A stretch of DNA of 63,607 nt. Origin: Ramazzottius varieornatus. Taxonomy: Eukaryota; Animalia; Tardigrada. The translations under genes were made by a program, and so were the position numbers. Positions 53,976-63,607 of the stretch are shown here, in pieces. How positions within the stretch are numbered: the first letter of the stretch is position 1; each line of letters starts with the position of its first letter. The stretch is from assembly GCA_001949185.1 (NCBI GenBank), contig BDGG01000019.1:1-63607 (forward strand), in the 5' to 3' direction. Under the pieces are notes generated by a model that was given only the letters and a program-made list of their open reading frames with translations, made no database searches and was not told where the DNA came from.

Positions 53976-55569
53976 TAAGGCCGATCTGGTCGAGCTTGCT
54001 TTTTGATTTCGAAGAGTTGAATTCGGTGCAGTAGCGAAGAACGTCACGTGGTACAGATAAGCTGCGCTACTTGATACTCATAAACTGAAGCTCGTTTGGT
54101 TTAACGACGCTACTGAAAGTGGCCCTTATCGGAAATATCAGTCAGAAGAAGCAGATTTCAGAGCCTAAACGGAAATCACTGGTGCACAGATGACAGCACC
54201 TTTGAGTTTGGAATATGCTTCATTCAGCCGCATAGCCGTAGTAACTGCGAACACTATCAATCACTTTGTATTTGTCTGCATGTTTTCATGTTGAACATCA
54301 TCATCGGATACATTCCTCCGACTTCTGCTTCTTCAATGAGTGTGAATATTTACGGGAAATGCTGCTGGTCGTCAACATGAGGACAGACGAGAAGCAGCGG
54401 ATAGTTCTGACCACATGTCGACAAATCAAAACAAACAAGTCCAAAGTAGTCCAATAAAACCTCGAGCTCTGTGGATCAATTACCTCAATCAGATTTAACC
54501 AGTATAACACTATAACTAAAAAAACGATGTTGTGAGAAATTAGCACGGTCGCTGGGGTATGTGTGAAAAACGATCCTAATGGCGTGAATGGAGGAACATA
54601 TTAGGTACCAACTTCTACATAATGGACTGATGAAAAGTAGTACGCAAGTAAGCCATCCGGAAACTCGGACTTCCGGCTAGCCATCATTCCACAAAGCAAG
54701 CGACGCCGACGGCACGCACTCCCAGCTGACCTCATTTTTTCACGATGGATAACTCGATAGCCGTTCTTCCTTCCCTTCTTTTTTCACCGTATCAGAAAAC
54801 TCTCAACGGGAGTCAACTCGCCGAAGCCAGTTCCGTGAAACATCGCATCAAACATGATTTCAAAAATCATGATCGGTTTTAAGATCAACCGAATTTTGAG
54901 ACCTAAAAGCTGCGTGTTGAACGATGGCGAGATTTACGATGCCATTTATTTAACTCTAAGAAATTCGGTCATCGCTGAATTATTTAGGCCTCTTCAGCGC
55001 CACTAACTGACCATTTACAGTTGTGTCGAAAAGACATCGAGAGCTAATAGTTCCATGTAATCGTTCTACAATTCTACCTTTTACTCTTCAAGAACCGCCC
55101 AAAGGTTATCGAAAGAAGAACCGAGTACTCGTGATAAGCTCTTGTAAAATTACGAAAGCCATAATCAGGGCTAACACAAACAGGTCGCTCTCGGTGTCAG
55201 TGGCTTTCCGGCGGAGTTCCCATCGGACCACGCCCTATTTTATTCTTCGCCAAAACAGCTCGATCTCAGGAACCTTCTTCCTTGATTAAAACCGACCTCG
55301 AGCTTTGTGATTATAGCGTGAGATCGGCGTCCTTATCACCAGCCTTGTCGAACTAGCCAATATTCTACCTGAGAAGGATAAGCTCGTCCTTCTCGCGGCT
55401 ATTGATCTTGGTCAAGTTCGCCCCCGACTACGCCCCAATCCAGTCACTTCCGTATTTTACCTTGAACGTTTAGAAATCCTACAGTAACTCTTTCGCGCTT
55501 CTGGTTTCAGCTTGTAATCATCATGAATGAGATGGAAGGCCAGGAAAAAAACGCATCTGATCGTTTTTA

Positions 55570-55618
55570 CAAGTGGCGCGCTTTTCCAGCCAGTGACAGA
55601 GAGAAAGTGCGTTACTTG
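55570..55618. repeat. CAAGTGGCGCAC palindrome module (1 unit)
   Basis: CAAGTGGCGCGC-N25-GTGCGTTACTTG; no host gene identified. Confidence 0.75.
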
Positions 55619-57116
55619 CAAAAATTATCTTGTGCGTTCCGCTCGCCGACTTTCCGCATGGCATTTATTGTTCAACGTTACTTCAGTACGGACTTGAGTC
55701 TTTAACAATGTCAAAATATGACAAATTGCACGAGTGTACTCGCACCAACAAGCAAAACACGATCCTAATTCAATCTTCGCCCACATGTGAAAGACGGGGC
55801 ATAACTGCCCAGTTCCAGTAGATGATGGATGGCGTCTTGTGACAGCCCATAATCGCATGTGGCCATTACAAACCAGGAATTTAATGGAGCAGCAAGAGAG
55901 GGACCGATTGAAAGAGAGTCCATCAGCTGAAATTACAGTATTACTCCTGCACAAATCAATTTGCCCACTAGAAAGCCCCTCAGTTGTTAAACTGCGCCGT
56001 GGGTTGTCATCCTGTAAATATTACGTGTCTTGTCGGACGGATCAGCTGAAAGGTAACCCGGACTGGGAAATAGATTGAATTTGCGTTCAATTGCAACCTT
56101 TGATCTGCTAACAAATGCCGTATTCCATTTCGAACTATACTGTAATAACTGTATACCGGTAAATCGAGTCACGGTACGGTGAGCGGCTTCATCAGGCCGT
56201 CCTTCCAGTTTCAGTGTCCAGAACTCGGCAGTTATTTTGCGGATTCTGGTTTTCTCTGGCTTGACTGCATAGTAGCGATTCGGACATGATATAGAAAATA
56301 CAAAAAATTCCGTGCCTCTCTCCATTTGGTCATCAAGAGTCAAGACTCATCAGGATTTTGAAATTCAAATTTACAATCCGACAGCTGCTGAGTATCCTTC
56401 AACAAACAGCTTTCACAACCCAAAAACCTGTTTGTACTAATTATACGAATTCAAGTTCCCACATCATTTTGACAGCTGATATCAATCGATACTGCCGGTA
56501 TCTTTTTCCTCTTCTAGGCTCAAGGCTTCACGGAAAACCCTCATCTGCTGATCAGATGGCACAATACGCGGTGTTGTCTTACAATTTTTAGCTGCAATCA
56601 AAGTTTTGACGATTGGACTTTGGTAGAGCTTCCTACCGTATGAGAGTACTCCATTTCAACCAGTACGCCACCATCAGCCATTACAGGAAGCCATGCGGAA
56701 ACAAGTACTTCTGTTAACACGAGATCACAAGCCTGGATATGTGCACTAGGCAGTCTACGCACTCTTGAGCTTGGCCCATCAAATTGAAGTTCAAATGCCG
56801 TGAAAAGAACATTGGAGACATATCGTCAAACCGGTGGGTTCTCGACCAGGTTTTCCACCTCAGCAAACCCTACTGTTCAACATGCGCATATGTTTGCCCA
56901 CATCTCAAGCTGTTAAGTAGAGCAGACAGCGGAGACTTAAACAAGGGACATACCTGACAGCCACGCGCACCGATGTCTTGTCATCCGGCAACATTTTCCT
57001 CGGCTTGTATTAGTAATTCCAGTCATTCGAGAATCCTGAAAAAAATTCAGACCGTTCGCCAACTATGAAATGTGTGTTTGATAGCTTACCTAGCTAACTT
57101 GACTAGGTTGTCATCC

Positions 57117-57243
57117 CAAGCGGCGCACGTGGTCATTGCTACTGGCCGAAAGATTGCGCCACTCAGAAAACCGAATTCGCCCAGATTGCCTCTTGATGTG
57201 GTGCATGTTACCAGTGTTTTTGGCTAAAAGTGTGCGCCACTCG
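57117..57243. repeat. CAAGTGGCGCAC palindrome module, 2-unit array
   Basis: Units 57117-57165 and 57195-57243, 25-nt spacers, period 78; no host gene identified. Confidence 0.8.
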
Positions 57244-59896
57244 GTAAGAAGATGTAATCGAGTTTCCCTGCCTAGGGCTCATTTGGGACCAAATTCTGGT
57301 GTGTACCTGTGGTTATGATTTCCCCACGAGTTATTTCTTCAAGTCAATTGTTGACAGGGTGCTCACCAGCTGGTCCTTTTGACGCACACTCCGGCACTCA
57401 CAGCGACCAGTCGACCACTGCATATAGATTCAAGCGGCGACCGATCAAATATTCGTCTGACGATCGATCACCATATTCGCGTACAAACAGTCCACAAAAG
57501 CAAGGTTCAATGATTGCCAGCACATATATAAACGTTAACGAGGAACAGTGGGGAAGATAACTGTTGGTCCTTTTCAAAGTTCGGACTGCGTCAATATTTT
57601 CCAATTATTGATTAATGATCATTTCCTTACTTAAAAGATGCCGACAGCGTCCAGGAAAACTTTTTGGCGTGTCGATCGATACATCGTGTTTTGCTGACGA
57701 AGCGTCTCCTTCGTCGGGAATAACACCGGCTTTGCCTATCACGCAAATATAAGTACAAGATAAACTTCAGCCAAACCCTTTTGGTCAGGTGCGTTACTTC
57801 CCGCAGGGTCTGTTTTCCAGTGAGGCACGCACCACACTGGACTGTACAAAACGAAGAGACCGTCTATCGCGATGATGATGACTGGATGAGTATTTTTTGA
57901 CAAAATAGCGTAGGTCGATAATACGATTATAATCCAATATTCCAATTATCGAACATACTGTAGTCGCAAAACCGATGGTTAAAAAAATACAGGTCCCTGG
58001 ATATTGCTTCCTCGCACAAGATATTGGAAGTACTGCAGAAAAGGAGAAGGTCTTAGAGTTAACCTAATGAATCCAATTTGGTCTCTTCCAGTGGCGGAGT
58101 GCGGCATACTGGGCCATTTTAGACTAGCAGCTTATGTTTCCTCCGCACACATAATCGTATAATAAGACACACTTGAGAATGTGTCAAAGCAGCACGCTAT
58201 AAACAGTTAAACACGACTGGGCCGATTGACATGACTGAACACGGAGAGATTTGGAATAGGAACACCTGAAGCAGCCAAGTACCCAAACCAGTTTTTGCTC
58301 GCAACGTACAAGCAGTTTAGTGCAGTCATGCGCAGAACAAAGAAGCTAAGCGGCTCAGCCTCGATAATTGGATGATCTCATTTACAGAAGGGATCAAGAT
58401 TTAACACTGAAAAGGCGGAAGAACTACCATGCTGGATGGTGATCAACCCTGGCGGAATATGGAAGACCAAGCTACTCTTACAGGAAGGGAATGAACACGT
58501 CCATCTCCTAACTGGGTGGGCGTTTCCTCAACCATTTCTGTTCCAGCAATCGACCGTAGCACGTTATACGATCCCGCTGTCGAGTACGACGGATCTTCTC
58601 ATGATGCTCGATCGCAGTACATATGACTCGAGGTTTGCTGTACTTACCGCTTGCAGGGTGCCGCCAGCGTTCGCCGTACATCCGTAGATGACGGCAGTGT
58701 TGAGTCGACTTGTGAAGCTTTTCGGATTTATATGTCAAGTAATAAAACAATATTGCTTTCATCGGTGAACAGCTCGGTGTCATTCGGCAGAAGTGCCATA
58801 AATTTTTGCCCGATAGATTCATCAAAAAACGCTGGGCAGTTCGACCTGCCGGCTCGCCGCTCGTGTCAAACCATGGAACTCAATGAGTATTTAACACTTT
58901 CAGCACGATCGTTTTCATGTTTGCAGAATACTGCCGTCCTCTTTGTGTGTACAGGAATTCTATTGGCTGGTACCGTGTTCGGAGGCTGGTCCAACCAATA
59001 GGCAATTTTCGAAATTTCAAAATTCGGATAATTGGCAGGCCATGAACGCCAAATCTCAAGAGGGAGAACTGGTTGTCTTGATTTTCTTCTGACCGCACTG
59101 ATGACTACAAAATTTATCCCAGGCTCGGCTTCGATAGATAAGACTGTCCCCAGTGCTCCAGTTTTTTTACCAAGCGAACAGCGTGCACGTGTCTCGCGCG
59201 AAGAGACGAAACACCAAATTTCACCAAAACCACCCGAAACCGTAGAAAAAATTTCCAGCGTGCTGGGGTTCTGCTGACCACTGGCCATTAGTGTTGCTTT
59301 GGTGAGAAGACCGAGTACATGCAAACAAAAAGACCCAGAACCGAAAGACCAAAAGCAAAAACTGGGAGGTGAATAAAACTGAGTGATTGTATACACAAAG
59401 AGGACGGTCGTACGCAGAGTGTTGAGAGTGTGATGATGTACTTGCCTCTGTCCCATGCTGTCTCCATTCCGAAGAACCAACTTGATCCGATGTGGGACCT
59501 AGTCAGGAGGGTCGGCAATTGGCCACGAAATTTCTCCCCGTTGGTTTGAGGACTGAAAAACCATATAAAATAAAAAGCTCGTATTAGGCGGCCCAGTTTT
59601 CTTCGAACGATCGTTATTATCCCCCTGCGGTTTACGACAGTTTAACCACAACAGCTTTCGGGGATGAAGTGATTTGTTGCATGAAGCAATGTTGAGGAAC
59701 ACCACGTGGTCGCCGGCAGGGCAGCACCTTCTTTCAAGTATTTCTGTAGTTTCGCAGTTTTGCTACGATCATTTTTGCGCGTACTCGTACTGTAAATTAG
59801 TTTCACTCTTACCTACTTTGATCCCACAATTTCCTGTTTCTCCTTTATCCAGTTTTCAGGTTCTGCTTCGTCTTGAAACTAGGGTGCAACTAGCGT

Positions 59897-62782
59897 ATGA
59901 TGGATGAGCTGGACAAGGCATGGCTGGAGATATGCGGTCGAAGGAGCGAAGAGCTGACACCAGCGCTGCAGTCGGTTGAAGCATTCTGTTCGGCATTTCC
60001 TACAAAGCAGAAATGCGTGTTGATCACAGTAAGAAGTCACGCGAATGCCTTCTTTCTTTACGTAATTGGAACTTCTTTTTCCAGAGCGGAGGAACGAGAG
60101 TGCCGTTGGAGAGGAACGCCGTACGATACATCCAGAATTTCAGCACGGGCATGCGGGGTGCGAGATCGGCGGAGCAATTTCTCCAGCTGGGCTACGCCGT
60201 CATCTTCCTCCATTCCAAGCACTCTGCTCTCCCTTGGCAGTGGAATTTTCATCTCGATTCTTTGACTGATCTAGAGGATCATGCCGGTCCAGGGCGAACC
60301 GATAAAGAAATTCGAGAAGAGGCCGACAAACGCTTAGAACTGGGAACAGAGGTAAAACTGTTCGAAGACTGGAAAATAGAAAGTACTGTAACATATAAAC
60401 TGTCGTACCATACCGTGTCGTCATCAACAGCTGATCACAGTAGGCCGAGCTCTGACCAGGAAGTCTCATGACATTAGACTGCGTGCGCAAAATTAATCTA
60501 CCGCTTACATTTGCCCTTTCACACTACGACTGTCACATTTGGTCCGGACCGACTCCACCCCGACTTCGGCCAATACCGAAATGTGAGCCGTCAGCCGTCA
60601 TGTGAGCAGCTGATGGCTCACAAACTCGGTGATGAAATGTAAGAACGACGAACGGAAATTTCCACCCCGCACATGTTTTTGAATTTCCGCTGACTCCGGT
60701 CATTAGAACAGCAACATCGGGAATTAAGACGCAACGGAAGTGCCCAAGTTTTGATATGTAGTTTGATTCAAATACCGGTATAACCATAGCAAGAAGAAGG
60801 CCGCCTTCTAAATCCTTGATCTTTCGGTGCTTCTATAGTGAAAAAATTCTGTGCTCGTGCGTTTTGGCTAGGAATGGCGGACGATGGATGGAACGGACTC
60901 GATCTCCTGTGGGAAGCAGCGCTTTCCCGTGAGTCGGCTGATGCAGACTTATCCGATGTCGTCAGCTCCCTACCAGTTGAAAGTACGGTTCTGTGATCGG
61001 CAGTCAAGCTCACAGAGCGAACGCTTACTTTGATTAGCTTTCTGAGCAGGAGGGCGGTATTCCGGCGCAGACGTGGATGGGCTGTTGCCTTCGACACATT
61101 CTGTAATCAAGCAAATATACAGGCTGGACGTCTCTTCATGATACTGCTAACAGATGCTGACGATACCTTGGTTATCCAAGTTTCCAGCGCGAGCTTCCGG
61201 CGCATTCTGCCCTCCGTTTAACGTATGTTCCACATCTATTTCAACAAGTATAGTTCCCACCTTCGTTAGCAGGAAGATCAAAATAAAAGAAAGCGATACT
61301 TACGGTTAACTCGGTTGTCAATGCGGTGATGAACCCGCGGAAGCGAAACATTCGTGTCAGCTGAGCTGACAACCGACGAGCTATCGTCCCATTCTTCTGC
61401 CGCCGTCTTTCCGGTAACCATCTTGGTAGCGGTCGGGGTGAGTCCGCTTTCTTTCATAGATGGAAGTTCTGCAGAGTCTGGATGTTGGAGGGTGGCAAAG
61501 GCTAGCAGAAGATCAGTTTACTAATCAGAAAACGGAAAATCCGAACTGTGAGATGACGAAATGTGACGGATGCTCGCAGTTGCGCACGTGAAAAGCAAGA
61601 TGCTCACGTTTCCGTCACCAAAACCACAACAAAGGTCGATTTAGGGCGGAGTTGATTCGGTCAAATGTGAGAGATTATGTGAAAGTTCGAAATTTGATCG
61701 GATGATTGATTTTGCGCACAGTCCCTATTGCAGTATCTGCCTGAAGCACCATCGTAGCCCCTACCCAATGCTGTCCGCAGTGACGTATTTGCGGCGGTTG
61801 GCGCCTACGAGAATACTGTAATGCTTCATGAACTTCGCGAAATATGTCATCATACGCGCACAGTTGAATACCGGTCCGGAAATCTCGCCTTACGAACCCC
61901 CTAAGGGATCATTCGCGCGTACAATGACGCGTTTCGCGAAGTTCATGAAGCATTACAGTAATTGTTTTCCTGTGCAGGAAGGAATTCGTCCCGGATTTCT
62001 GCGTTCTGGAGTACTTCCTGTTCAAGAACGATTTTATCGTTTCTTTTTTCTTCTAGGTTGGAACTTTCCACTCAGCCATCAGTTCGATAAATCGTTTTCG
62101 AAGCCACACCTGCAAAGTGGAATATCAGGACCTGGATGAATACCTGTTCTTCTTGAGGAAAATTCCGGAAATGATGGACAAGAGCTTCACTGTCCCACTG
62201 TTATACCTGGCTGCAGCAGTATCCGATTTTCACATTCCCTGGGAAGAACTGGTGAGAGCTTCTCAGATAGACCTTCCTCTGTCATAATGTTGAGTTTGAA
62301 ACAACCGATTGGCTTCTTCCTTCCCAGTTGGAGCACAAAATTCAGTCTTCCGATGGTGGACTGAATCTGCACTTGAAACCTGTCCCAAAGTTCCTCAGAT
62401 GCCTAAGAGCATGGACCCCGAAGGCCCTTATCGTCGGGTTCAAGGTTCGTGAGCTTACTACTATATTGAAATCTGCAGTTCGTGTGCAGGTCTGAGAAAA
62501 TGTCTTCTGTAGCTGGAAACCGACGAAGATAGTTTGAGACAGAAGGCCCAAAAATCCATGGAGAAATACGACCTGGACGCGGTGGTGGCGAACGAACTAG
62601 GCACTCGCTACGCGAAGGTCCTGCTTATGAGACGTCAAGGTTTCAAAACACTTGAGATTTTAGATAAGAACCTCGAGAAGATTCCGACGGAGTGTCTCGA
62701 AGAGCAGATCGTGGGTGAAGTGAATGTATTGCTCACCGAAAAAGTTTTAACCACGACACAGAGCGAAACTACAGTCCATTGA
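59897..62782 (+). CDS. PPCS: Phosphopantothenate--cysteine ligase, 5 exons
   Basis: VLIT|SGGTRVPLE...[20 protein letters not shown]; [13 protein letters not shown]; EHKIQS; IVGFK|LETD; VVANEL. Large intron about 60352-62057. Confidence 0.9.
60598..61501 (-). CDS. Putative nested antisense multi-exon gene (hydrophilic protein, unknown function) in PPCS intron 2
   Basis: A chain of minus-strand donors (GTAAGT ~61302, GTATCG ~61166, GTAAGC ~61028) and acceptors splices into an open frame: [16 protein letters not shown]...[10 protein letters not shown]...[18 protein letters not shown]...[11 protein letters not shown]. Confidence 0.4.
61814..61960. mobile_element. Palindromic MITE with perfect 29-bp inverted ends
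   Basis: TACTGTAATGCTTCATGAACTTCGCGAAA...TTTCGCGAAGTTCATGAAGCATTACAGTA. Confidence 0.85.
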
Positions 62783-62934
62783 GTTTGAGAGAAACAACTT
62801 TACATGCGGAAGTTGAACAGTCAACATACAGCGTATGATTTTTGTATGCCTTTGTCGTCGACAATAAATCTGTGAGCAAAAATTAATGAAGGATCAGCAT
62901 GAGCACTACTCAGTTTGGACTTCGTCTTCGAATT

Positions 62935-63607
62935 CTAGATCGCCGTTCCCGTCCGGGAAGTTGAGAACGCCGATGCCTTCCGAAAGTCACTGAGCACTAA
63001 CAAGAAAGAGTGCTTCACTTTGGAGAAATTCAGTTCGCTGATTCTCTCGCTCCGAATGTCGTCCGAGATCTCGGTCACAAAGAACTTTCTGCAACACGAA
63101 AAAAAGTTTATCGTCAACTTTCAGAAGAACTCTGTGCCGACATTCATTCCGACGATTCGAAAAAGCGTAAAAAACGCCTCATTCGAGTGTTGTTCGTAAG
63201 TCATGAAAGGGCGATGGATCTTGTCGGTGCCAACGTGGACGTCTGTTCGGTGATCGGAAGCCTCACGAACAATGCTTCGGGTGCCCAAAATCTTGTACTC
63301 GTACCGTTTCCCCAAACGGAATTGTAAATCTCCCCAGTGCGCCACCCTTATTGGTGCAATCAACTGAATCAAGCTTTTCCCTACGAACTTGAGTTTCTCC
63401 TTGGCCAAAAGATTTTTACAGGCCGTTGGTAAACAGCTTGAAACAGTAACTTCGCCAGGACCGAGTACTTTCGGGTTTCGACCAAAACCTTGAAAGCTTG
63501 CAGGATGTTTTGGGCTCTCAGAAAGCTACCTCAGTAGGAACGGAGCAATTGATCAGGCTGCTGCATTTGCCTTGATTGGCATCTCACGAGGGGAATTTTC
63601 CAATCCG
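62935..63607 (-). CDS. 3' part of an unidentified gene convergent with PPCS (runs off the window)
   Basis: Adjacent minus-strand ORF pieces 63121-63408 and 62935-63117 look protein-like; no recognisable motif. Confidence 0.3.

Noticed and set aside
60120-60150. PPCS IQNFS instead of the usual IDNFS as a sign of inactivity
   Set aside because: The key Asn is retained and this position varies in bacterial CoaB homologues.

Overview
Eukaryotic (animal) genomic DNA: roughly 47% GC by eye, densely packed multi-exon genes with short GT-AG introns, three ~50-N gaps. The organisation resembles a compact invertebrate genome such as a tardigrade (inference only). Genes I can support, in order: an apextrin-like MACPF+ApeC protein; a 4-TM membrane protein; a divergent Shaker-type Kv subunit; two tandem, highly divergent syntaxins; di-N-acetylchitobiase (CTBS); four low-complexity, probably secreted proteins; a membrane-anchored carboxylesterase with an intact triad; a frameshifted PAN-domain gene; a KIF21-like kinesin-4; and PPCS with a probable nested antisense gene. 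Mobile DNA: a decayed CRE-clade non-LTR retrotransposon with an 11-bp TSD, a truncated hAT transposon, a long foldback element and several MITE families. The most striking unexplained signal is a dispersed palindromic module, CAAGTGGCGCAC-N25-GTGCGCCACTTG. It occurs as 19 units at 13 loci, singly or in 2-3-unit arrays; 11 loci lie in predicted introns, and 16 of 19 spacers are exactly 25 nt despite divergent spacer sequence. All exon boundaries were called by eye and are approximate.
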